Assembly (NCBI RefSeq): GCF_001457595.1
Contig: NZ_LN831039.1
Span: 6,330,001-6,362,000, forward strand
DNA from: Mycolicibacterium smegmatis
GTDB lineage: Bacteria > Actinomycetota > Actinomycetes > Mycobacteriales > Mycobacteriaceae
Length of the DNA stretch: 32,000 nucleotides
Direction of reading: 5' to 3'
In this document: positions 18,351-26,317 of the stretch, in pieces
How positions within the stretch are numbered: the first letter of the stretch is position 1
Layout: each line of letters opens with the position of its first letter
The notes under the pieces: model-generated
The model's input: the letters and a program-made list of their open reading frames with translations, nothing else
Told to the model about the DNA's origin: nothing
Databases searched by the model: none
Position numbers and translations under genes: made by a program

Positions 18351-19574
18351 ATGCTGACCGTCCGTGGGCGCGCCGCACTGGCCGCCGGAGCCGCCGCCCG
18401 CTGGGCGTCCCGGGTCACCGGGCGCGGTGCCGGCGCCATGATCGGCGGGCTGGTCGCCATGACCCTGGACCGTTCGGTCCTGCGGCAGCTCGGCCAGGGC
18501 CGCCGGACGGCCATCGTGACCGGCACAAACGGCAAATCGACCACCACCAGGATGATCGCCGCCGCGCTGGCGCCGCTGGGACCCGTCGCGAGCAACACCG
18601 AGGGCGCCAACATGGACGCCGGGCTGGTCTCGGCGCTCGCCGCCAACCGCGACGCCGGACTCGCGGCGCTCGAAGTCGACGAGATGCATGTGCCGCATGT
18701 GTCCGATGCGGTGTCGCCTTCGGTGATCGTTCTGCTCAATCTGTCGCGTGATCAGCTCGATCGAGTGGGTGAGATCAACCACATCGAGCGGACGCTGCGT
18801 GCCGGTCTGGCGCGTCATCCCGACGCGGTGATCGTCGCCAACTGTGACGACGTGCTCATGACGTCGGCCGCCTACGACAACCCCGACGTCGTGTGGGTGG
18901 CCGCGGGCGGAACCTGGGCCAACGATTCGGTGAGCTGCCCGCGCAGCGGCGAGGTGATCGTGCGCGACGGGCGCGACTGGTACTCCACCGGCACCGACTT
19001 CAAGCGCCCCAGCCCGCAGTGGTGGTTCGACGAGACCCACATCCACGGACCCGACGGGCTGTCGGTGCCCATGGAGCTGGCCCTGCCCGGCACCGTCAAC
19101 CGGGGCAATGCCACGCAGGCCGTCGCGGCCGCGGTGGCCCTGGGCGCCGATCCCGTCGCGGCCGTCGCCGCGGTCTCGACCGTCGACGAGGTCGCCGGTC
19201 GCTACCGCACGGTGCAGGTCGGGCCCCGGCACACCGCGCGGGTGCTGCTGGCCAAGAACCCGGCCGGCTGGCAGGAGGCGCTGTCGATGGTCGACCGGAC
19301 CGGCGCGGGCGTGGTGATCGCGGTCAACGGCCAGGTGCCCGACGGCGAGGACCTGTCGTGGCTGTGGGACGTGCGGTTCGAGGACTTCTCGGGTGTGCAG
19401 GTGGTCGCGGCCGGTGAGCGCGGCACCGATCTGGCGGTGCGACTCGGCTATGCCGACGTCGAGCACACGCTGGTGCACGACACCATCAGCGCGATCAAAT
19501 CCTGCCCACCCGGGCACGTCGAGGTGATCGCGAACTACACGGCGTTCCTGCAACTGAACCGGCGGCTGTCATGA
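18351..19574 (+). CDS. murT: MurT, lipid II isoglutaminyl synthase (glutamine-hydrolysing) Mur-ligase-like subunit
   Basis: TGTNGKSTTTRMIAAAL P-loop, ALEVDEMHVPHV, LLNLSRDQLDRVGEINHIE; C-terminal MurT domain (NPAGWQEALSMVD…IANYTAFLQLNR); directly coupled to gatD. Confidence 0.92.
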   Translation: MLTVRGRAALAAGAAARWASRVTGRGAGAMIGGLVAMTLDRSVLRQLGQGRRTAIVTGTNGKSTTTRMIAAALAPLGPVASNTEGANMDAGLVSALAANRDAGLAALEVDEMHVPHVSDAVSPSVIVLLNLSRDQLDRVGEINHIERTLRAGLARHPDAVIVANCDDVLMTSAAYDNPDVVWVAAGGTWANDSVSCPRSGEVIVRDGRDWYSTGTDFKRPSPQWWFDETHIHGPDGLSVPMELALPGTVNRGNATQAVAAAVALGADPVAAVAAVSTVDEVAGRYRTVQVGPRHTARVLLAKNPAGWQEALSMVDRTGAGVVIAVNGQVPDGEDLSWLWDVRFEDFSGVQVVAAGERGTDLAVRLGYADVEHTLVHDTISAIKSCPPGHVEVIANYTAFLQLNRRLS

Positions 19575-20290
19575 CTCACCCCAGCACCGTGCGCATCGGC
19601 CTCGTGCTCCCCGACGTCATGGGCACCTACGGCGACGGCGGCAACGCCGTGGTGCTGCGACAGCGGCTGCGCCTGCGCGGGATCGACGCCGAGATCGTCG
19701 AGATCACGCTGGACGACCCGGTGCCCGAGTCGCTGGATCTCTACACCCTCGGCGGCGCAGAGGATTACGCGCAGCGCCTGGCGACCAAGCATCTGATCCG
19801 TCATCCCGGCCTGCAGCGCGCCGCCGAACGCGGCGCGCCGATCCTCGCGATCTGCGCGGCCATCCAGGTGCTCGGGCACTGGTACGAGACCTCGGCGGGT
19901 GAGCGCGTCGAAGGCGTCGGCCTGCTCGACGCCACCACCTCTCCGCAGGAGGCCCGCACCATCGGCGAGGTCGCGTCCCGCCCGCTGCCCGACGGGCTCG
20001 ACCAGCCGCTCACCGGATTCGAAAACCACCGCGGTGGAACACTTCTCGGTTCCGACGCACGTCCGCTCGGCGCGGTCACCAAGGGTGCGGGCAACCGTGC
20101 CGGCGACGGTTTCGACGGTGCCGTACAGGGCAGTGTGGTGGCGACGTACATGCACGGGCCGTGCCTGGCCCGCAATCCGCAGTTGGCCGACCATCTGCTC
20201 TCCCGCGTGGTCGGCGATCTGCCCCCGCTCGAGCTTCCCGAGGTCGAACGTTTGCGTTCTGAGCGCCTCGCCGCGCCGCGGCGCGTCTGA
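19571..20290 (+). CDS. gatD: GatD, glutamine amidotransferase subunit of MurT/GatD
   Basis: ATGA overlap with murT. GLVLPDVMGTYGDGGNAVVLRQRL, LGGAEDYAQRLATKHL, ILAICAAIQVLGHWYE nucleophile region, GFENHRGGT, VVATYMHGPCLARNP. Confidence 0.92.
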   Translation: MTHPSTVRIGLVLPDVMGTYGDGGNAVVLRQRLRLRGIDAEIVEITLDDPVPESLDLYTLGGAEDYAQRLATKHLIRHPGLQRAAERGAPILAICAAIQVLGHWYETSAGERVEGVGLLDATTSPQEARTIGEVASRPLPDGLDQPLTGFENHRGGTLLGSDARPLGAVTKGAGNRAGDGFDGAVQGSVVATYMHGPCLARNPQLADHLLSRVVGDLPPLELPEVERLRSERLAAPRRV

Positions 20291-20310
20291 TCTGACCTCC
20301 TCTGATCTCT

Positions 20311-20370
20311 GCCGAAATGGCATTCCAGCAGGCGTCTACTCGCACTTTTCTGCTGGAATGCGGTTTCGGC
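20311..20370. repeat. Long imperfect inverted repeat (copy A), likely bidirectional terminator
   Basis: GCCGAAATGGCATTCCAGCA (20311-20330) pairs with TGCTGGAATGCGGTTTCGGC (20351-20370) at 18/20 positions. Lies between convergent genes. Confidence 0.8.
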
Positions 20371-20380
20371 GAAACGAAGC

Positions 20381-21091
20381 TCAGGCGAACGGGTCGGCCG
20401 CGTCGGCGATGCGCGCGGCAGCGTCGGTGAGCAGCACCTCGCCGTGCCCGAAACCTGCGACCTGCGCGCCCGTTTCGGCCAGACGCTGAACCGATGCAAC
20501 GGCCGCAGCACGGTCGACGTTGAACACCCCGACGATCACGTGCCCGTTGAACTCGGCGACCGCGTCGCCGGTGAGCACTGCGTCGGCCGCGGGCAGGTAC
20601 AGCCCGATGCTGCCCGGCGTGTGGCCCGGTGCCCCGACAACCCTTGCGCCGCCTGCGAAGTCGAGGACATCGCCGTCGCGCACCGTCGTGTCGACGCGGC
20701 ACGGCGGGCCGACGGGCGGCTCGGTGAGATCGGACCGCAGCGTGCGTTCGGCGTCGGTCAGCACGGGCAGCGGGCCCGGCTCGTCGCCGCGGATGAACGG
20801 TGCGTCGGCGGCGCCGGCGATCACTTCCACGTCGGCCCAGTCGGCGATCTCGGCGGCCGCGCCGGTGTGGTCCTCGTGAAAGTGCGTGAGCACCACGCGT
20901 TTGACGTGCAGGCGGCGCAGTCCGAGCATGGCGAGCGCCTCGGCGATCAGCCCGGCCTCGCCCGGCCAGCCGGTGTCGATGAGCGTGACACCGTCGGGCT
21001 CCTGCCACAGGTAACAGTTGAGCAGGTGTGCCCGATCGCCGGGGATGCGTAGCCGGTACAGCGAATCCGCGATCTTCAGCAGGTCAGGCAT
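20381..21091 (-). CDS. Metallo-beta-lactamase-fold hydrolase
   Basis: VVLTHFHEDHTGAAAEIADW (HxHxDH), GAPGHTPGSIGLYLP, AVLTGDAV, GFGHGE. Confidence 0.92.
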   Translation of the reverse strand: MPDLLKIADSLYRLRIPGDRAHLLNCYLWQEPDGVTLIDTGWPGEAGLIAEALAMLGLRRLHVKRVVLTHFHEDHTGAAAEIADWADVEVIAGAADAPFIRGDEPGPLPVLTDAERTLRSDLTEPPVGPPCRVDTTVRDGDVLDFAGGARVVGAPGHTPGSIGLYLPAADAVLTGDAVAEFNGHVIVGVFNVDRAAAVASVQRLAETGAQVAGFGHGEVLLTDAAARIADAADPFA

Positions 21092-21107
21092 GCCTCCGAC
21101 GGTATCT

Positions 21108-21158
21108 GCCGAAACGGCATTCCGGCAGGGCGCTACTCGTGGTTTCGCTGCTGGAAGA
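21108..21158. repeat. Related repeat (copy B, partly decayed)
   Basis: GCCGAAACGGCATTCCGGCAGGGCGCTACTCGTGGTTTCGCTGCTGGAAGAACGC. The first 20 nt match copy A at 18/20 and the rest is colinear with it, but the right arm is degenerate. Confidence 0.65.
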
Positions 21159-21163
21159 ACGCA

Positions 21164-21775
21164 CTAGACCATCGCGCGGCGGCCGGCCAGCGCGCGGCCC
21201 AGGGTGAGCTCGTCGGCGAACTCGAGATCCCCACCCATCGGCAGGCCCGACGCGATGCGGGTGACCGTCAGGCCGGGGATGTCGCGGAGCATGCGCACCA
21301 GATAGGTCGCGGTGGCCTCGCCCTCGGTGTTGGGATCGGTCGCGATGATGACCTCGGCGACGTCGACGCCCTCGACGCGTTCGCCGATGCGGTTGAGCAG
21401 TTCCCGGATGCGCAGCTGCTCAGGGCCGATGCCGCTCAGCGGGTCGAGCGCGCCACCGAGCACGTGGTAGCGCCCGCGGAACTCGCGGGTGCGTTCTACT
21501 GCCTGCACATCCTTGGGTTCCTCGACGACGCATACCAGCGACGCGTCGCGGCGCGGGTCGCTGCAGATCCGGCAGCGTTCCTCGTCGGAGACGTTGCCGC
21601 ACACCGAGCAGAACGTGACCCCGTCACGGATGCGTCCGAGCACCGCGGTCAGCCGGTCGATGTCGGGCGGTTCGACCGACAGCAGGTGGAAGGCGATCCG
21701 CTGGGCACTCTTGGGGCCGATACCGGGAAGCTTGCCCAGCTCGTCGATCAGATCCTGGACCGGGCCCTCAAACAT
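21164..21775 (-). CDS. recR: Recombination protein RecR
   Basis: [32 protein letters not shown]; zinc finger [16 protein letters not shown]; Toprim [19 protein letters not shown]-type segment. Confidence 0.98.
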   Translation of the reverse strand: MFEGPVQDLIDELGKLPGIGPKSAQRIAFHLLSVEPPDIDRLTAVLGRIRDGVTFCSVCGNVSDEERCRICSDPRRDASLVCVVEEPKDVQAVERTREFRGRYHVLGGALDPLSGIGPEQLRIRELLNRIGERVEGVDVAEVIIATDPNTEGEATATYLVRMLRDIPGLTVTRIASGLPMGGDLEFADELTLGRALAGRRAMV

Positions 21776-21785
21776 TGCCGGCCAC

Positions 21786-22118
21786 TCACATCCCCGGCAG
21801 ACCGAAGCCGCCGAGCCCACCGGCCAGCGGACCCAGACGGCTCTGCGCCATGATCGTCACCTGCTTGCTGGCGTCGGAGAGTGCGCCGACGATCAGATCC
21901 TGCAGTGTCTCGACGTCGTCCGGGTCGACGACCTTGGGATCGATCTGCACCGACACCACCTCGCCGCTGCCCTTGACGGTGACCTGCACCAGGCCGCCAC
22001 CGGCCTGTCCGTGCACCTCGGCGTTGGCCAACGCCTCCTGGGCCTCCATCAACTGCTGCTGCACCTGCTGGGCCTGTGCCAGCAGCGCCGACATGTCGGG
22101 CGTGCCTCCGGGTTGCAT
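21786..22118 (-). CDS. ybaB: YbaB/EbfC-family nucleoid-associated protein
   Basis: [72 protein letters not shown]. Confidence 0.95.
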   Translation of the reverse strand: MQPGGTPDMSALLAQAQQVQQQLMEAQEALANAEVHGQAGGGLVQVTVKGSGEVVSVQIDPKVVDPDDVETLQDLIVGALSDASKQVTIMAQSRLGPLAGGLGGFGLPGM

Positions 22119-22242
22119 CACTGTCCCCTTGCCGTGTTCGTGTCTCGGTTGCGTCTTCTTGATCGCGTGTTGGTCTCGACTTGGTTGCTCTCGCCCGTCA
22201 GCGGCGGTTTGGCCTTTCAGCCTAGTCCGCGACGCGGCTACC

Positions 22243-23037
22243 GTGGCGGCCGTGCGAGTCCCAGCCTGTCTGCGTGTCGGCGCCGCGGTCGTGACCAGCG
22301 TGCTCATCGCGGTGACGGCATCGGTCGTGTCGCCGGTAGCCCATGCCGCCCCCGCCAACATCGCCGGAATGATCGTGTTCCTCGATCCCGGCCACAACGG
22401 GGCCAACGACGCGTCGATCGGCAGACAGGTGCCCACGGGACGCGGCGGCACCAAGAACTGCCAGGAGAGCGGCACCGCAACCGACGACGGCTATCCCGAA
22501 CACAGCTTCACGTGGGACACCACGCTGCGGGTGCGGGCGGCACTGACGGCGCTGGGCGTGCGGACCGCGATGTCACGCGGCAACGACAACGCGCTGGGAC
22601 CGTGCGTCGACGAGCGCGCCGCGATGGCCAACTCGCTGCGTCCGCACGCCATCGTGTCGATCCACGCCGACGGCGGTCCGCCCACGGGTCGCGGCTTCCA
22701 CGTGCTGTACTCGTCGCCGCCGCTGAACGCCGCGCAGTCGGGCCCGTCGGTGCAGTTCGCGAAGGTCATGCGCGATCAGCTGGCCGCGTCGGGGATCCCC
22801 CCGGCCACCTACATCGGGCAGGGCGGGCTCAATCCCCGGTCGGACATCGCGGGCCTGAACCTGGCGCAGTTCCCGTCGGTGCTGGTCGAGTGCGGCAACA
22901 TGAAGAACCCCGTCGACTCCGCGCTGATGAAATCCCCGGAGGGGCGTCAGAAGTACGCCGACGCCATCGTCCGGGGCATCGCCGGCTTCCTGGGCTCCCA
23001 GTCGCAGGCCGCGGCGGCCGTCAGCCCCGTGCGTTGA
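22243..23037 (+). CDS. Secreted N-acetylmuramoyl-L-alanine amidase (Amidase_3), Ami1/Rv3717-like
   Basis: Signal peptide-like hydrophobic N-terminus, then [12 protein letters not shown]…, [41 protein letters not shown]. Start could be GTG 22243 or 22252. Confidence 0.88.
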   Translation: MAAVRVPACLRVGAAVVTSVLIAVTASVVSPVAHAAPANIAGMIVFLDPGHNGANDASIGRQVPTGRGGTKNCQESGTATDDGYPEHSFTWDTTLRVRAALTALGVRTAMSRGNDNALGPCVDERAAMANSLRPHAIVSIHADGGPPTGRGFHVLYSSPPLNAAQSGPSVQFAKVMRDQLAASGIPPATYIGQGGLNPRSDIAGLNLAQFPSVLVECGNMKNPVDSALMKSPEGRQKYADAIVRGIAGFLGSQSQAAAAVSPVR

Positions 23038-23044
23038 CCCTCGG

Positions 23045-23482
23045 CTAGCCCTCGACGTGCTTCTTGAGGTTCTCCAGGACCTCGTCCTGGATGCGGCGCA
23101 GGCCCAGGGGAGCAAACGTCTTCTCGAAGAAGCCCTTGACCCCGCCTGCCCCGGTCCAGGTGGTCTTGAGGTTCACCGACGACCCGGTGCCCGCGGGCGC
23201 GACGGTCCAGTTGCTCACCAGGGACGAGTTGGCGTCCTTCTCGATGACGGTGTGTCCGGCGACGTCGACGGTGGCCTTGACGTCACGCACGCGCGACTTG
23301 GTGGCCTGCAGCTTCCACGTCGCGACGGTGCCCGCGCCCTGGCCGCCCTCAAGCACCTGGTAGCCGCTGTAGTGCGAGGAGAGGATCTTCGGCCGTACGG
23401 TCTGGTAGTCGGAGATCGCAGCGAGCACGGCAGCGGGCTCGGCGTTGATCAATACGGTGCTGACCGCGCTGACCTGTCCCAT
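23045..23482 (-). CDS. SRPBCC/polyketide-cyclase-like lipid-binding-fold protein (Rv3718c-like)
   Basis: 145 aa. VSTVLINAEPAAVLAAISDYQTVRPKIL…WKLQATKSRVRDVKATVDV…SSVNLKTTWTGAGGVKGFFEKTFAPLGLRRIQDEVLENLKKHVE. Confidence 0.85.
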   Translation of the reverse strand: MGQVSAVSTVLINAEPAAVLAAISDYQTVRPKILSSHYSGYQVLEGGQGAGTVATWKLQATKSRVRDVKATVDVAGHTVIEKDANSSLVSNWTVAPAGTGSSVNLKTTWTGAGGVKGFFEKTFAPLGLRRIQDEVLENLKKHVEG

Positions 23483-23571
23483 GGGTGAAAACTCCTTGTG
23501 CGAGGTGAAGATGCGGTATCAACCGCCCATCTGCGGTCGCATCGCCTGCAACCGTTGACTAGCGTATATGT

Positions 23572-24972
23572 GTGTCTGTGGTTACTACTGACGCACAGGC
23601 TGCCCATGCCGCCGGCGTCTCGCGTCTTCTGGCCAGCTACCGGGCGATCCCGCCCAGCGCGACAGTGCGCCTTGCGAAACCGACGTCCAACCTGTTCCGC
23701 GCCCGCGCCCGCACCAATGTGAAGGGTCTCGACGTCTCGGGCCTGACCGGTGTGATCGGTGTCGACCCGGACGCGCACACCGCCGATGTGGCGGGCATGT
23801 GCACCTACGAGGACCTGGTGGCGGCCACGCTTCCGTACGGCCTTGCCCCACTGGTGGTGCCGCAGCTCAAGACCATCACGCTCGGTGGCGCGGTCACCGG
23901 TCTGGGCATCGAGTCCACGTCGTTCCGCAACGGTCTGCCGCACGAAAGTGTCCTGGAGATGGACATCTTGACCGGTTCGGGCGAGATCGTCACGGCCTCA
24001 CCGGATCAGCACTCGGATCTGTTCCATGCGTTCCCCAATTCATATGGAACCCTTGGTTATTCCACCCGGCTGCGCATCGAACTGGAGCCCGTGCACCCGT
24101 TTGTGGCGTTGCGCCACCTGCGCTTTCACTCGATCACCGATCTGGTCGCGGCGATGGACCGGATCATCGAGACCGGCGGGCTGGACGGTGAACCCGTCGA
24201 CTACCTCGACGGCGTGGTGTTCAGCGCGACTGAGAGTTACCTGTGTGTTGGCTTCAAGACGAAAACGCCGGGGCCGGTCAGCGATTACACAGGTCAGCAG
24301 ATCTTCTACCGGTCGATCCAGCATGACGGCGACACCGGCGCCGAGAAACACGACCGGCTGACCATCCACGACTACCTGTGGCGCTGGGACACCGACTGGT
24401 TCTGGTGCTCACGGGCATTCGGCGCTCAGCATCCGGTGATCCGCAGGTTCTGGCCGCGGCGGCTGCGCCGCAGCAGCTTCTACTGGAAGCTGGTGGCCTA
24501 CGACCAGCGGTACGACATCGCCGACCGTATCGAGAAGCGCAACGGGCGCCCGCCGCGCGAGCGGGTGGTCCAGGACGTCGAGGTGCCCATCGAGCGGTGC
24601 GCGGACTTTGTCGAGTGGTTCCTGCAGAATGTGCCGATCGAGCCGATCTGGCTGTGCCCCCTACGGTTGCGTGACAGCGCCGACGGCGGTGCCTCGTGGC
24701 CCCTGTATCCGCTGAAGGCGCACCACACCTACGTCAACATCGGTTTCTGGTCATCGGTGCCGGTGGGCCCCGAGGAGGGCCACACCAACCGCCTCATCGA
24801 GAAAAAAGTCGCGGAGCTGGACGGGCACAAATCTTTGTACTCGGACGCTTATTACACACGTGACGAATTCGACGAGCTGTACGGCGGTGAGGTCTACAAC
24901 ACCGTCAAGAAGACGTACGACCCGGATTCACGTCTGCTAGACCTGTATTCGAAGGCGGTGCAAAGACAATGA
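23572..24972 (+). CDS. FAD-binding oxidoreductase (FAD_binding_4/DHCR24-like, Rv3719-like)
   Basis: MCTYEDLVAATLPYGLAPLVVPQLKTITLGGAVTGLGIESTSFRNGLPHESVLEMDILTGSGEIVTASP. Confidence 0.88.
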   Translation: MSVVTTDAQAAHAAGVSRLLASYRAIPPSATVRLAKPTSNLFRARARTNVKGLDVSGLTGVIGVDPDAHTADVAGMCTYEDLVAATLPYGLAPLVVPQLKTITLGGAVTGLGIESTSFRNGLPHESVLEMDILTGSGEIVTASPDQHSDLFHAFPNSYGTLGYSTRLRIELEPVHPFVALRHLRFHSITDLVAAMDRIIETGGLDGEPVDYLDGVVFSATESYLCVGFKTKTPGPVSDYTGQQIFYRSIQHDGDTGAEKHDRLTIHDYLWRWDTDWFWCSRAFGAQHPVIRRFWPRRLRRSSFYWKLVAYDQRYDIADRIEKRNGRPPRERVVQDVEVPIERCADFVEWFLQNVPIEPIWLCPLRLRDSADGGASWPLYPLKAHHTYVNIGFWSSVPVGPEEGHTNRLIEKKVAELDGHKSLYSDAYYTRDEFDELYGGEVYNTVKKTYDPDSRLLDLYSKAVQRQ

Positions 24973-26282
24973 CCACATTCAAAGAACGCGAGACGTCCAC
25001 AGCGGACCGCAAGCTCACCCTGGCCGAGATCCTCGAGATCTTCGCCGCGGGTAAGGAGCCGCTGAAGTTCACTGCGTACGACGGCAGCTCGGCCGGTCCC
25101 GAGGACGCCACGATGGGTCTGGACCTCAAGACCCCGCGTGGGACCACCTATCTGGCCACGGCACCCGGCGATCTGGGCCTGGCCCGTGCGTATGTCTCCG
25201 GTGACCTGGAGCCGCACGGCGTGCATCCCGGCGATCCCTACCCGCTGCTGCGCGCCCTGGCCGAACGCATGGAGTTCAAGCGCCCGCCTGCGCGTGTGCT
25301 GGCGAACATCGTGCGCTCCATCGGCATCGAGCACCTCAAGCCGATCGCACCGCCGCCGCAGGAGGCGCTGCCCCGGTGGCGCCGCATCATGGAGGGCCTG
25401 CGGCACAGCAAGACCCGCGACGCCGAGGCCATCCACCACCACTACGACGTGTCGAACACGTTCTACGAGTGGGTGCTGGGCCCGTCGATGACCTACACGT
25501 GCGCGTGCTACCCCACCGAGGACGCGACCCTCGAAGAGGCCCAGGACAACAAGTACCGCCTGGTGTTCGAGAAGCTGCGCCTGAAGCCCGGTGACCGGTT
25601 GCTCGACGTGGGCTGCGGCTGGGGCGGCATGGTCCGCTACGCGGCCCGCCACGGCGTCAAGGCGCTCGGTGTCACGCTCAGCCGCGAACAGGCGACGTGG
25701 GCGCAGAAGGCCATCGCCCAGGAAGGTCTCACCGATCTGGCCGAGGTGCGTCACGGTGATTACCGCGACGTCATCGAATCCGGGTTCGACGCGGTGTCCT
25801 CGATCGGGCTGACCGAGCACATCGGCGTGCACAACTACCCGGCGTACTTCAACTTCCTCAAGTCGAAGCTGCGCACCGGTGGCCTGCTGCTCAATCACTG
25901 CATCACCCGCCCGGACAACCGGTCGGCGCCATCGGCCGGCGGGTTCATCGACAGGTACGTGTTCCCCGACGGGGAGCTCACCGGCTCGGGCCGCATCATC
26001 ACCGAGGCCCAGGACGTGGGCCTTGAGGTGATCCACGAGGAGAACCTGCGCAATCACTATGCGATGACGCTGCGCGACTGGTGCCGCAACCTGGTCGAGC
26101 ACTGGGACGAGGCGGTCGAAGAGGTCGGGCTGCCCACCGCGAAGGTGTGGGGCCTGTACATGGCCGGCTCACGTCTGGGCTTCGAGACCAATGTGGTTCA
26201 GCTGCACCAGGTTCTGGCGGTCAAGCTTGACGATCAGGGCAAGGACGGCGGACTGCCGTTGCGGCCCTGGTGGTCCGCCTAG
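24969..26282 (+). CDS. SAM-dependent cyclopropane-fatty-acid-synthase-like methyltransferase (Rv3720-like)
   Basis: ATGA overlap with the FAD gene. AIHHHYDVSNTFYEWVLGPSMTYTCACYP, LLDVGCGWGGMVRYAARHGVKALGVTLSREQ, SIGLTEHIGVHNYPAYF. Confidence 0.93.
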   Translation: MTTFKERETSTADRKLTLAEILEIFAAGKEPLKFTAYDGSSAGPEDATMGLDLKTPRGTTYLATAPGDLGLARAYVSGDLEPHGVHPGDPYPLLRALAERMEFKRPPARVLANIVRSIGIEHLKPIAPPPQEALPRWRRIMEGLRHSKTRDAEAIHHHYDVSNTFYEWVLGPSMTYTCACYPTEDATLEEAQDNKYRLVFEKLRLKPGDRLLDVGCGWGGMVRYAARHGVKALGVTLSREQATWAQKAIAQEGLTDLAEVRHGDYRDVIESGFDAVSSIGLTEHIGVHNYPAYFNFLKSKLRTGGLLLNHCITRPDNRSAPSAGGFIDRYVFPDGELTGSGRIITEAQDVGLEVIHEENLRNHYAMTLRDWCRNLVEHWDEAVEEVGLPTAKVWGLYMAGSRLGFETNVVQLHQVLAVKLDDQGKDGGLPLRPWWSA

Positions 26283-26317
26283 CAACCACGAACCGCGAAC
26301 CAGGGGCCTGGCGCCGA

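Noticed and set aside
18278-18739. N-terminal extension of the DnaQ-like minus-strand ORF (17264-18739)
   Set aside because: The extension overlaps murT and has no domain similarity. The GTG at 18277 gives the expected start.
21489-23048. 519-aa plus-strand ORF across recR, ybaB and the amidase
   Set aside because: Composition is artefactual, and it conflicts with three well-supported genes.
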